The position numbers and the translations under genes are program-made. Positions 36,047 to 45,312 of a stretch of DNA of 64,000 nt are shown in pieces. The notes under the pieces are model-generated. The model did not search any database and was not told the DNA's origin. It saw nothing but the letters and a program-made list of their open reading frames with translations. Position 1 is the stretch's first letter, and each line of letters opens with the position of its first letter. This stretch comes from a virus: IMG/VR virus record IMGVR_UViG_3300031992_000005, positions 160,001-224,000 of that record; one strand, 5' to 3'.

Positions 36047-36326
36047 AAAGATAGGTGGAAAATACAAGCAACCTTGGACTGAAGATCTTCTTGCGCAGAT
36101 AAACAACGAAGATAGTATTACCAAGCGACATCATTTAATCTCAAGGTATCTTCATCAAAGGGAACAACAGATAGAACGTATACTCGCCAATATTGAAAAC
36201 GATGATATTGACTTAACTCTTGTCGTTGAACAGTTATGGGAAGACCTAAAACTCGCCCATAAACAAATTCGACATACAATGGACAGAAGTGATTTTTATG
36301 CTAAATATTATAAATTAGATAAATAA
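36039..36326 (+). CDS. hypothetical protein
   Basis: From the ORF track. Confidence 0.5.
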   Translation: MAEKIGGKYKQPWTEDLLAQINNEDSITKRHHLISRYLHQREQQIERILANIENDDIDLTLVVEQLWEDLKLAHKQIRHTMDRSDFYAKYYKLDK

Positions 36327-36826
36327 TGGACATAAAGGAAGAGCACGTAAGCTTTGAAATAGCAAAACTCCTTAGAGAAAAGGGGTTTGATGAGCATACT
36401 GTTTGTAGATATGTTGACGACAATGGAGCAACTGAGAAATGGTATGACAATTACAGAGAAAAAGTATTACGGTTTGAGCTAAATGCAGGTGACCTAATAG
36501 AACCATCAATAGAACCTAAAGAAAAATACGAACTATATGGTGATACGATCCCTGCACCAACTCTCTATGGGGTAATGGAGTGGTTGAGAAAAAAGTATAA
36601 GCTCTTCTTAGGAGTTGGATTTGGTAATGATGATAAAGGCGAGTTTCTCTATATGGTAGATATTTATGACTTAACTGGCGAAGCTATTGAGGGTAAATAT
36701 AAACCTATTGTAGAAGCAGACGATTATCTTACTGTTAATCCGAAAACTCCAGCAGAAGCTATAGGAGAAGCATTAAAATATTTACTCAAAAAATCTGATT
36801 TATTGGAATGTTATTATAAAAAATAA
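36326..36826 (+). CDS. hypothetical protein
   Basis: From the ORF track. Confidence 0.55.
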   Translation: MDIKEEHVSFEIAKLLREKGFDEHTVCRYVDDNGATEKWYDNYREKVLRFELNAGDLIEPSIEPKEKYELYGDTIPAPTLYGVMEWLRKKYKLFLGVGFGNDDKGEFLYMVDIYDLTGEAIEGKYKPIVEADDYLTVNPKTPAEAIGEALKYLLKKSDLLECYYKK

Positions 36827-36838
36827 AATAATATAGGT

Positions 36839-37126
36839 ATGGACGATAAAATTAAGCTTGATGTGGAAATTAATCCAGTCGTAACACTAAGATTACATGG
36901 TGTTAATAAATATGGTGGTATTATGGATATTAACTATAAGGACATCGAAAGGGTTAGAATTGATCGTGGTAAAACAATGATTCTGTATAAAACAGGTATT
37001 GAGGATAAACCTCTTGATGGATTTTATGTTCAAGAGTCTGTTGAAGAAGTCAATATGCTTATTGAAAAGGCAAAAGAAACTTATTCAATGGCATTAATAA
37101 GTTATAAAGCAGTCAAAATAGATTAA
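36839..37126 (+). CDS. hypothetical protein
   Basis: From the ORF track. Confidence 0.5.
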   Translation: MDDKIKLDVEINPVVTLRLHGVNKYGGIMDINYKDIERVRIDRGKTMILYKTGIEDKPLDGFYVQESVEEVNMLIEKAKETYSMALISYKAVKID

Positions 37127-37168
37127 TTCGATAACGTTAAGAGCAATTAAGTATTGTTTAAAAAAATT

Positions 37169-37393
37169 ATGAAACAGTATAAGTATATAGACAAAGATGC
37201 TTTAGTAGCAGAGTTAGAGAATAAGAAAAAGTACGCTCAGACTTTAGGCGATAATGCTATTAACGGAAGTATGCAGCAGTTCTATGATGGAATGAAGCAA
37301 GGTTGTGTTGATATTCTTTCTTTTGTCAATTCTCTTAAAGTAGTAAAAGTGGATTTGGATGAAGAAATTAAGCGCCTTAAAAGAACTTTATGA
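37169..37393 (+). CDS. hypothetical protein
   Basis: This is ORF 37154..37393 trimmed to its first ATG. Confidence 0.45.
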   Translation: MKQYKYIDKDALVAELENKKKYAQTLGDNAINGSMQQFYDGMKQGCVDILSFVNSLKVVKVDLDEEIKRLKRTL

Positions 37394-37496
37394 AACTAAA
37401 GTGTAATAAGAACAGTCGCCAAATACTTCTATGAACTTGGTCTTAGGAAATAGATCCTATTAATTCTATATTTATATAACATAAACTTATAGTATT

Positions 37497-38288
37497 ATGG
37501 ATAATTGTATAGAAGAATTAAGACAAAATTTGAAAGAATTAGAACTAAAATCAGAGTGGGAAACTTTACATGAGAAGTACTTATCAAAGAAGAAACTGTT
37601 TGAAGGTAAGTGTCTCAGCTCTCATGCACTCGCAAAGCCGCTTTATTCCTATAGTGGGAGAGAAGGGACCTATTTCTCGGCTAATCGTATAGATAAGGTC
37701 TATATTGGCCTCTCATCCTACGGCTACAGAGGCGAAGGACCTGTTATAGAAACCTTCGAGGATTTCAAGGCAATCGGTGGGCAATCCGCGATAATTGCAA
37801 AAGGCGAATGTATATCAATCCGGTTACTACCAGATAATGAGTATGAAATACAATCTAGATCCTTCAGGGAGATATTTGGCCCATCAACTTCTTTTGGTGA
37901 ATATGCACTGTCATTACAGTTATATGAATCACTCAAGGGATTGTTGCGTGGATCTTGTGACAATTTTTTCCACGTTGCTACTAAGAAGTTACAATTTGAT
38001 GTTCACCCTTGTAAGGAACAACTAGAACTATTAGAGGCACATGGGGCAAAGATGATAGACCTGGAGGATGATGAAGTGTACCTATTACATGACAAACCTT
38101 TCAGGTATGGAAGAAAATTGGTAGTGAACGAGATTTCACGGGCAATAATAAAAGATCTTTTAAGGGATGCTAGGGATAGCGACCTAAAAGATAATGGGTT
38201 CTCCGTTAAAGGTGTGTATTATCCACCAACTGGATTTTATAAGAGGATGGTAACTACATTAAGTAATGTCCTAGCAAAAATGAATTAA
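37497..38288 (+). CDS. hypothetical protein
   Basis: From the ORF track, 263 aa. Confidence 0.6.
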   Translation: MDNCIEELRQNLKELELKSEWETLHEKYLSKKKLFEGKCLSSHALAKPLYSYSGREGTYFSANRIDKVYIGLSSYGYRGEGPVIETFEDFKAIGGQSAIIAKGECISIRLLPDNEYEIQSRSFREIFGPSTSFGEYALSLQLYESLKGLLRGSCDNFFHVATKKLQFDVHPCKEQLELLEAHGAKMIDLEDDEVYLLHDKPFRYGRKLVVNEISRAIIKDLLRDARDSDLKDNGFSVKGVYYPPTGFYKRMVTTLSNVLAKMN

Positions 38289-38644
38289 TGGAAAAGAAGA
38301 AAATAATCCCAATCGCTACAAATTACGAACAGGGAAAGATCTTAGAAGAACTTATTGGCACGGATAGTGCAGATATGGTTTATATAGACTATGGATATGC
38401 AACACGACTCTTACCAAAGAATGATATTGATGCAAATTCATATCCTGTAATATGTTGTGCATGGTCATTGCCAGCATTACTTGATATATTGCCTGAGATA
38501 CAGGGTACGTCGCCTGTAGTCCATACTCATGATAATTCTATATCTTATGCAGGTAAGGATGGGTTGACTGTCGTGTCGGATTCTCTTATCAGTGCTAGTT
38601 ATGAGATTATATTAAAACTTCATAAATTAAACTATGTTGGATAA
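38288..38644 (+). CDS. hypothetical protein
   Basis: From the ORF track. Loosely similar to 33610..33972 (...CWTLTALINILPS / CAWSLPALLDILPE...). Confidence 0.5.
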   Translation: MEKKKIIPIATNYEQGKILEELIGTDSADMVYIDYGYATRLLPKNDIDANSYPVICCAWSLPALLDILPEIQGTSPVVHTHDNSISYAGKDGLTVVSDSLISASYEIILKLHKLNYVG

Positions 38645-38972
38645 TTTAAAAATTTGGTTGAGCAGAATCTTTAGGCTTCCAGTATCAAGAAAGGCAATTC
38701 TTAATCGAGTAGTAAAATTGTATAAGGGGAAAACTGATGGATTGTGTGAAGCATTGGAGTGGTCATTGATAGATTATGGGATCTATCTTCATGCAGCTGA
38801 TGTTTTTTCTGAATTTCTTACTCAAGAGAATGCTAAGGGATTTGGTGGTATCCTTCCTGGTTTTTGGTGGCCAAGAAAAGACTGGACGTCTGGAAGATCA
38901 GAGTTCCTAGATTGGCTAATTGAACAGTACAAGAATGATAAAACAAACCTAAGAAATTATGTTCAAAGATAA
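38634..38972 (+). CDS. hypothetical protein
   Basis: From the ORF track. Confidence 0.5.
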   Translation: MLDNLKIWLSRIFRLPVSRKAILNRVVKLYKGKTDGLCEALEWSLIDYGIYLHAADVFSEFLTQENAKGFGGILPGFWWPRKDWTSGRSEFLDWLIEQYKNDKTNLRNYVQR

Positions 38973-39333
38973 TTGTCCTTGGGGAGCTGATGTACCAGAG
39001 GCACCCTGGAATAGAACGGATGCGCCAGAGGAGAACTTTAATGTAGCCATAACTCAAGTTTTGGTCAAGGAAACGGAGATTATGACTAATGATTATAAGT
39101 TAATACCCGGCAGCGAGAACCGAGATACTGATAATACAGATTGGAAGAATGCTTATTACAACAATGATAAGTATACTCCCCTGGATTTGATCAATAAGTT
39201 CAAGGAACTCTTAGAGGAAAATATTCCAGATAAAAAAGTTGATCGCAAGAAGCATTTTTTATACAAAAAGCTTATAAAAGAATGCGATAACTGGATAGTA
39301 AGCGATCTGAATTTTGAAAGAATAGGGGGATAA
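38959..39333 (+). CDS. hypothetical protein
   Basis: From the ORF track. It is followed by the terminator gggggataatatctccc plus a T-run. Confidence 0.5.
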   Translation: MFKDNCPWGADVPEAPWNRTDAPEENFNVAITQVLVKETEIMTNDYKLIPGSENRDTDNTDWKNAYYNNDKYTPLDLINKFKELLEENIPDKKVDRKKHFLYKKLIKECDNWIVSDLNFERIGG

Positions 39334-39354
39334 TATCTCCCTTTCTTTTTTCCT

Positions 39355-39384
39355 CCCCAAAGAAAAAGAAATGCCTTATATATG
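39355..39384 (+). promoter_or_regulatory. phage promoter-like consensus
   Basis: CCCCAAAGAAAAAGAAATGCCTTATATATG. Confidence 0.5.
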
Positions 39385-39442
39385 TAAGAGGAGATATCGG
39401 GATGCCTATAAAAGAACCGGTTAACTTTTAAATATTTAGATT

Positions 39443-39637
39443 ATGTTAAGTAAAGAACAGCGTGAGAAATATCTAGAAATTCTTCGTAAGTGTCTGAAAG
39501 ACGAAGAAGACGAAGAAAATTCTGATATTGAGGGCAATCATAGAATTGCCGACATGGTCTTGACCGATGCTCTTTTGGCATTGGGAGAGAAAGAAATAGT
39601 ACAGGAGTGGGAAAAGCTCGAGAAATGGTATGCATGA
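39443..39637 (+). CDS. hypothetical acidic protein
   Basis: From the ORF track. It lies downstream of a promoter motif, and the antisense ORF 39441..39641 is rejected. Confidence 0.5.
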   Translation: MLSKEQREKYLEILRKCLKDEEDEENSDIEGNHRIADMVLTDALLALGEKEIVQEWEKLEKWYA

Positions 39638-39658
39638 TCATTTCTCATTCGATTAGAA

Positions 39659-39693
39659 GAAAGGAAGCAGAGATTGTTTCCCTTTCTTTTTTT
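39659..39693 (+). terminator. intrinsic terminator, copy 1 of a 3-copy hairpin family preceding tRNA cassettes
   Basis: GAAAGGAAGCAGAGATTGTTTCCCTTTC plus a T-run. The same hairpin occurs on the - strand at 52031-52058 and 52807-52834. Confidence 0.6.
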
Positions 39694-39734
39694 CTTCTCA
39701 GAACCGCCTAAATCCTTACTACTGTAATAAAGTC

Positions 39735-39810
39735 GGGCCTTTAGCTCAGTTGGTCAGTTAGCAACACGCTCATAACGTGGAGGTCGTGGGTTCAAGTCCC
39801 TCAAGGCCCA
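39735..39810 (+). tRNA. tRNA with CAT anticodon (elongator Met or Ile2)
   Basis: Acceptor is GGGCCTT/AAGGCCC and the anticodon loop is CTCATAA. The T-arm is GTGGG/TTCAAGT/CCCTC. Confidence 0.8.
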
Positions 39811-39858
39811 CTTTATTTTTTATTTTTATAGAAACAATAACAAATTAAGAGAAAAAAA

Positions 39859-40047
39859 ATGATTACATTAACTTTCAATTTTTGGTGGATTCCAGTTATA
39901 ATTATTGTATTGTTTGGAATCATCGTATTTATTAAAGCGTATGTCAATAAGAATGATAAATTTGGTTTTGGCGCATTCTTTGGTCTCATTGTTCTCATTG
40001 GTTGTATATTATTGGCGGTTGCTATAGGAGGGTTTACGATTTGGTGA
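39859..40047 (+). CDS. small 2-TM membrane protein
   Basis: From the ORF track, with two hydrophobic segments. The antisense ORF 39813..39998 is rejected. Confidence 0.5.
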   Translation: MITLTFNFWWIPVIIIVLFGIIVFIKAYVNKNDKFGFGAFFGLIVLIGCILLAVAIGGFTIW

Positions 40048-40098
40048 AGATGAAATATTTTTACAGTGATAATAAAATTATTAGTATTTTATTAAACT

Positions 40099-40506
40099 AT
40101 GAATAAAACAGAGATAGTTGAGAAAATTCAGTCAAAGGTTGATTATAAGGTCGGAGATTGGGTTGAAACATGTAATTTTCTCCCAGGCATAGTGCAGAGC
40201 ATTGACATAGGGTATGTCAAGAGAGATGACTATGTGAAAGATGTAGTTGAGATATTTTACCCTCATATGGCTTTTGACAAGAAATATAATGGGAAATATT
40301 GTGGAGGAAGTATTTGTTCCGCCGATAATTGTGGAATACATAAAATCACTTCAGAATATGCCTGTAAACTCATGGCATTGGGTTATGATAGACTTAGTAA
40401 TCTTTGGGAAAGAGCTTGTGAATATTGGAAAACTGATGATAAAAAAGCATGGAAGGATTTTGTAGAAGAAGAGTATAAAAAAGTATTTGAAAGAGCAGAC
40501 CAATAG
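40099..40506 (+). CDS. hypothetical protein
   Basis: From the ORF track. Confidence 0.5.
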   Translation: MNKTEIVEKIQSKVDYKVGDWVETCNFLPGIVQSIDIGYVKRDDYVKDVVEIFYPHMAFDKKYNGKYCGGSICSADNCGIHKITSEYACKLMALGYDRLSNLWERACEYWKTDDKKAWKDFVEEEYKKVFERADQ

Positions 40507-40593
40507 TGGCTCTGCTTTTTATTTTTCCCTTCAATGCCTTAATAATAAGAGATAATTAAAAATAGTATTAACTTTTTAAAATCAAAAAAAAAA

Positions 40594-41001
40594 ATGAGTG
40601 ATGTTAAATTTGGTAGGCAGAAAGGAAATCCAAATGTTGATGATAAGGTAATCATCCGAACTCAAGAAGCTAGAATAAGAAGTCTTGAGGAAAAGCTCGA
40701 GGCTAGTGAAAGAAAAAATAAAACCCTACAGGATGTAATTGATAGGTATCAAGAACACGACAAAAGGCAAAAAGAGATATTCTACGAAGGAACTCTAAAA
40801 AATGCCGTTGACTTCCTATTAAAGTCAATTAAGAGTAAAGAGGAGAACTGTCGTATTATCCTAGACGAGACTAATCAAATGATTAATCTAAATAGCTCTT
40901 GCAGAGGAAAAATTCGAAGCCTGATCAACTACTTAACAAAAACCAGGCTGAAGGAAGAAACTCTTTTAGAGAAACTTCAAGCAATGCTAGAAAATTCCTA
41001 G
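40594..41001 (+). CDS. hypothetical coiled-coil protein
   Basis: From the ORF track. A promoter-like cccttcaatgccttaataataag lies upstream. Confidence 0.5.
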   Translation: MSDVKFGRQKGNPNVDDKVIIRTQEARIRSLEEKLEASERKNKTLQDVIDRYQEHDKRQKEIFYEGTLKNAVDFLLKSIKSKEENCRIILDETNQMINLNSSCRGKIRSLINYLTKTRLKEETLLEKLQAMLENS

Positions 41002-41088
41002 GTTTCCCTAGGGATTTTTTTTTCATCTCAAATCCCTTTAAAATCTTATAGATAGATATAATAATTAAAAATACAAATTTCAAAGATC

Positions 41089-41709
41089 ATGAAAATTACA
41101 ATTACTAGAGCATTAGCAAAATTAACTTCTTTAAAGAAAGAGGTAAAGAAAGACATTCTCACTTATACACCTACAGCTGTTCAGCACGGTAAGATCTTAA
41201 GATCTCCTCATTCAGCTATGACAAGAGAAGTGTTTGAAGATAAGGCGAAGAGTGGTTTCCAATCACTTCATGATAAGCTTAGTTTAATCGAAAAGTTAAA
41301 CAAAGCAATTCTTATCTCAAATGCTACTACTGAAATCGAGATAGCAGGTGTTGTAATGACAGTTGAACAGGCTCTTCTTATTAAGAGGGAAGTTATTCCT
41401 TTAAAGGAAGATATGCTTAGTAGGTATAAGTCGGTCTGGACTGAAACTCGTAAATCCTATGAAGCTGCGCTTAGTGAAAATGAAGCGAAAGTAGAGAGGA
41501 TGATTAGAGATGCTGGTGATAATGACCAGAAGAAGTCCAGAATTGATGCAGAGACTTACGTAAATCAGTCTAAGGCAGTGGATATTGTTGACCCATTGAA
41601 ATTACCTGATGTGATTGAGTCTCTAGAGAAGGAAATAAATGACTTCAATCTTAACGTAGACTATGCTCTCAGCGAGAGTAATAGTACTACATTCATTGAG
41701 ATTGATTAA
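41089..41709 (+). CDS. hypothetical protein
   Basis: From the ORF track. It is the last gene of the + block. Confidence 0.55.
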   Translation: MKITITRALAKLTSLKKEVKKDILTYTPTAVQHGKILRSPHSAMTREVFEDKAKSGFQSLHDKLSLIEKLNKAILISNATTEIEIAGVVMTVEQALLIKREVIPLKEDMLSRYKSVWTETRKSYEAALSENEAKVERMIRDAGDNDQKKSRIDAETYVNQSKAVDIVDPLKLPDVIESLEKEINDFNLNVDYALSESNSTTFIEID

Positions 41710-41717
41710 GTAATATA

Positions 41718-42040
41718 TTCGATGTCATATCGAAAGTGGGCAAAAATAACGCCTTCTTTTGTGTCAAGAAGTGAAATAATGATACGTTATGTAAATCGCA
41801 AACTTACATTGTTAAATCACTTCAAAGCTCAAAGGAAAAAGCTCAAAGCTCAAAGATCAAAGTTTAACTGTTCACTACAATTTAACTTGGTGGAGTTATG
41901 ACTGTCGGTAGTGAACATCAAAGCTTAAACATGAAAGATCCAAAGCTTTACAAAATCCCTGAGTTAATTCATCATGGCAACATGTAGGAGTTTTGCAGTT
42001 ATGCCTCCGCTTACTTATACAGGGCTGATATGACATTGAA
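41718..42040 (+). other. ORF-free element bounded by 14-nt inverted repeats, with a 6x heptamer (CAAAGNT) tract and nested hairpins. Candidate ncRNA or iteron/origin-like region
   Basis: TTCGATGTCATATC (41718) pairs with GATATGACATTGAA (42027). The tract caaagct caaagga aaaagct caaagct caaagat caaagtt spans 41823-41864. Stems are GAAGTGA/TCACTTC and GTTCACTAC/GTAGTGAAC. Confidence 0.4.
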
Positions 42041-42045
42041 TTTTG

Positions 42046-42089
42046 AAAAAAAAAAGAGGTTGAGAATAAAACTCAGCTTCTTTTTTTTT
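42046..42089. terminator. bidirectional intrinsic terminator between convergent blocks
   Basis: A-run, then aggttgag-aataaaa-ctcagctt, then a T-run. Confidence 0.65.
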
Positions 42090-42098
42090 ATTGGCTCA

Positions 42099-42605
42099 TC
42101 AAAGAGCCGCGATTTTACTCAAGAGGCGGGTTAGTTTTGAGTTATCCACCTCCTTCACTGCATAACTTCCTTGGAGGTCACACAATGCCAACTTCGCTAG
42201 ATTTTGGATTGTGCATCCCTCTGGCATATTAGCCAGCTTCTGAGCATCCTCTACGGATCTCCAGAAAAGTGGCTTGATGTGGTTTTGAATATACCACTTT
42301 ATTTCCTCAAAGTGAGGATGATCACGTGGTATAAACTGATTTAAAATCTCTCCACCCACTTTTGCGTGGTTTGGGTAAGACCAGTCCCCTTTGCCATTGC
42401 GGACTGATGTCTTAATTTTTCCAATATCATGGAGAAGGGCAACTAATTGCATGGTTTTATTGCCCTTGAATATTTTTCTTGCTGCCCGCCATACTAAGAT
42501 TGTGTGTTGGTAGGCATTTCCTTCACGGTGGTATTTTACGTGCCCACCAATACACTTTAATACTTGAAGGCGTTTGATTACCCTCCTTGTTGTGCATCTT
42601 TTCAT
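42099..42605 (-). CDS. HD-domain phosphohydrolase
   Basis: VALLHDIGK plus an upstream His (NAYQHT). Confidence 0.65.
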   Translation of the reverse strand: MKRCTTRRVIKRLQVLKCIGGHVKYHREGNAYQHTILVWRAARKIFKGNKTMQLVALLHDIGKIKTSVRNGKGDWSYPNHAKVGGEILNQFIPRDHPHFEEIKWYIQNHIKPLFWRSVEDAQKLANMPEGCTIQNLAKLALCDLQGSYAVKEVDNSKLTRLLSKIAAL

Positions 42606-42713
42606 ACACAGACTGACCTATAGCTTCAAAAGCCCCGGACGTCAGATTCCGGTAATTTATATTCTATTAATAAGGCATTAATAGTAGGAAGGAGAGGAAA
42701 AAAGAAGGGAGGA

Positions 42714-43019
42714 CTATGCCTCTACCTTCTCTTCTCTTGGTCCAAGCAATGAAAGCAATTCTTCATACGAAGAGCATCCCAGAATATTCTGACTAAATTC
42801 CTCAATGTTTTTTCCTTTCATGGCTAACAGTTTTACCTGTGTGCCAATTTTAATCATTTCGAGAATATCCTCAGGATCTTTGCTATTCTGCTTACTGAAA
42901 AATTTATCTCTTAGTTCTCTCGAAGTATGAGCGGCCTCTTCAGCCTCCTTCTTTAGAACATTTAACATCTCAGTCTTCATAAACATGAAGCCGAGTAGTT
43001 GTTCAAAGTTTTCGTTCAT
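42714..43019 (-). CDS. hypothetical protein
   Basis: This is ORF 42714..43043 trimmed to ATG (MNENFEQLL...). The promoter motif ctctatatataaggcatt lies upstream on the - strand. Confidence 0.5.
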   Translation of the reverse strand: MNENFEQLLGFMFMKTEMLNVLKKEAEEAAHTSRELRDKFFSKQNSKDPEDILEMIKIGTQVKLLAMKGKNIEEFSQNILGCSSYEELLSLLGPREEKVEA

Positions 43020-43109
43020 AATTTTTTGCTTTTTATTGAACACTTAGTTATTTAACTCTATATATAAGGCATTTCTTTTACTTTGGGAAGGAAAAAAGAA
43101 AGGGAAGAA

Positions 43110-43316
43110 TTATCTTCCCCCTTCTATGAATTCATCAAAGGCCCTATCTATGTCAGCATATGTCTCGGCCTTTTCTAAGGATTCCTCTAGGCTAGATAAA
43201 TCCCAGCCAAAAAGTGCATTAGATCTTGCTTTTTCATCATCATCTTTGTCATTAACACTTTTTGAAAGTTCTATTTTTTCTTGTTTCACTAATAATATAA
43301 ATTCTATTACATTCAT
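43110..43316 (-). CDS. hypothetical acidic protein
   Basis: From the ORF track. A - strand promoter motif is at about 43345-43370, and the antisense ORF 43126..43335 is rejected. Confidence 0.5.
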   Translation of the reverse strand: MNVIEFILLVKQEKIELSKSVNDKDDDEKARSNALFGWDLSSLEESLEKAETYADIDRAFDEFIEGGR

Positions 43317-43424
43317 TTTTGTTTTTTTTTATTAAGTTAATAATTATATATATAAGGCTTTAAGGGGAAAAACTCACTTGAGGACCCCTCTATTCTTTAC
43401 CTATGAATATAAATTTAAAGTTTA

Positions 43425-43805
43425 ATGTTGAAAAGATTATTATTTATTATACTTCTTGCATTGTTTGGGAGTTCTATATATGCTCAGAATACATACACAA
43501 AGCAATATGAACTGTCAGGGGTAGAAGAAGTTGATTCAGGAAAAATCAAAAAAGCCACTGGATGCGTTAAAGTCAAGTATAACAATGATTTTAATGTAGT
43601 GGAATTAAAGTACATAGTGAATCCAGAGTCCTACTGGCATTTGATTAAGTTGGAAGATGTTATCCTAGAATCTTCTCCTAGGTCTTTTATCTGTAAAAGA
43701 GAAGATGATATTATTTTTGAAATAAAGGAATCCGGAGACGGATATTCCTACATATTAATAAATTATAGTAAAATTAAAAACAAAAACAATGAAGCAAGTA
43801 ATTAA
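43425..43805 (+). CDS. secreted hypothetical protein
   Basis: Signal peptide MLKRLLFIILLALFGSSIYAQ. Confidence 0.55.
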   Translation: MLKRLLFIILLALFGSSIYAQNTYTKQYELSGVEEVDSGKIKKATGCVKVKYNNDFNVVELKYIVNPESYWHLIKLEDVILESSPRSFICKREDDIIFEIKESGDGYSYILINYSKIKNKNNEASN

Positions 43806-44349
43806 ACCTGGTATGGAGTATATACCAGAAAGAGAAAATGTTCGTATTTTCTTAGCGGGAACAATCGACAACGGTTCTTCCGAAGATTGGCAGAAAGAGT
43901 TAACAGACGCTGTAAAAGATGATGCCCCTATTACATTCTTTAATCCTAGACGAGATAAATGGAATCCTGATGAGGGTGAAGAAGGTCTAATTAGGCAGAT
44001 CAAGTGGGAACAGTATTATCTGGATAAGGCAGATGTTATTCTACTGAACTTCGTGGGTAGTAGTAAGTCTCCAATTAGTCTATTGGAGTTGGGTATCTAT
44101 TCTCAGACTAATAAACTTATCGTTCTTTGTCCAAAAGAATACTATAGGTTTATGAATGTAAAGCTAACTTGTGAGAAATATGGTATTCCACTAGTTGAGT
44201 CTGATGATTGGGCAGATCAATTAAATGTACTCAGTCAGATTCTGGAGTTAGAAGGCCCAGCATTACTCGTTAAGCCAGAGTACCTTGAGGATTCCGTTGA
44301 GGAAGAGAATGTAGAGGAAGGAAATAATGATGAATCTGGAAAAGCTTAG
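43789..44349 (+). CDS. nucleoside 2-deoxyribosyltransferase-like protein
   Basis: IFLAGTIDNG (Rossmann-like start) and SPISLLELGIY (catalytic-Glu context of the NDT/Rcl fold). Confidence 0.55.
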   Translation: MKQVIKPGMEYIPERENVRIFLAGTIDNGSSEDWQKELTDAVKDDAPITFFNPRRDKWNPDEGEEGLIRQIKWEQYYLDKADVILLNFVGSSKSPISLLELGIYSQTNKLIVLCPKEYYRFMNVKLTCEKYGIPLVESDDWADQLNVLSQILELEGPALLVKPEYLEDSVEEENVEEGNNDESGKA

Positions 44350-44941
44350 CCTATACCTTAGATCTTGTTTCGCAGGTATATGTATAAGTTTAGGTTGTAT
44401 AATATATCTTAAAGTTGGTGGAGTTATTGGGGCCTGTCTATTCTCGATAGGCCTCATCTCCGTCGTAAGATATGAACTCGACTTATACACTGGTAAAGCT
44501 GGATTTATCAATCTCTTAGGCTTACCTGATTATGCTTACCTAGGAAGAGTTCTTTTGGGCAATATTATAGGATGCCTAATAGTAGGACTCTTATGTAGAT
44601 TTGCATTACCTGACTTGATCGAACCTGCTCAACATATCATTGAGACTAGGGTAACAAAAGGTCCATTAGCAAATGGAATACTTGGAATTGGTTGTGGCAT
44701 GTTAATGACAACCGCAGTATTATTTGCTAAGGCGGATGATGATTATGTACCACTTCTCTTTGCGGTTCCAGTATTTATCTTATCTGGGTTTGTACACTCC
44801 ATCGCAGATTCATGTTACTTCGTAATATCTGGAGGACTTCATTTCTTTACTTATGTATTGAATTACCTCTTTATAGTAATCGGAAATTTTATCGGATGCA
44901 ATGTGTACAGATTTTCTAAAAAGCCTGATGAAATCAATTAA
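44327..44941 (+). CDS. formate/nitrite transporter (FNT) family-like channel, short form
   Basis: YELDLYTGK (cf. ELFTGN), GIGCGMLMTTAV (cf. GILCNWLVCLAV) and GFVHSIADS (cf. GFEHSIANM). There are six hydrophobic segments. Confidence 0.6.
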   Translation: MMNLEKLSLYLRSCFAGICISLGCIIYLKVGGVIGACLFSIGLISVVRYELDLYTGKAGFINLLGLPDYAYLGRVLLGNIIGCLIVGLLCRFALPDLIEPAQHIIETRVTKGPLANGILGIGCGMLMTTAVLFAKADDDYVPLLFAVPVFILSGFVHSIADSCYFVISGGLHFFTYVLNYLFIVIGNFIGCNVYRFSKKPDEIN

Positions 44942-45200
44942 ACGTTTTCTGAGATTAGGCCCAATTGAAGATTATCCAAAGAAAGTGAAAAACCTTAAGC
45001 CTGGAGATGTAGTATTTGGACTAGATGATGGAACATTCTTAGGCACAAGAACTAGGGTTAAAACAATTAGCAGTGATGGTGGAATTTTTAAAGTTTCATT
45101 TGAAAATGATAGTCATAGCTTCTCCGTTGATATTCCAAAAATCTCGGGGAATAGACTAGCATATACATCACAAGAACAGCTTAATAATTATTACAAGTAA
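44928..45200 (+). CDS. hypothetical protein
   Basis: This is ORF 44901..45200 trimmed to ATG 44928. Confidence 0.45.
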   Translation: MKSIKRFLRLGPIEDYPKKVKNLKPGDVVFGLDDGTFLGTRTRVKTISSDGGIFKVSFENDSHSFSVDIPKISGNRLAYTSQEQLNNYYK

Positions 45201-45201
45201 T

Positions 45202-45312
45202 ATGATTTATCTTATCATTGGTTTAGTAGTTGGCTTCTTCTTAGGCCAGCGTTTTTCAGATGTATCTATTAAAGATATTTATCTAAAGATAAAAGAAAAA
45301 ATTAAGAAATAA
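45202..45312 (+). CDS. hypothetical 36-aa single-TM peptide (below ORF-track cutoff)
   Basis: Reads MIYLIIGLVVGFFLGQRFSDVSIKDIYLKIKEKIKK. Its stop overlaps the next ATG (TAATG). Confidence 0.35.
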   Translation: MIYLIIGLVVGFFLGQRFSDVSIKDIYLKIKEKIKK

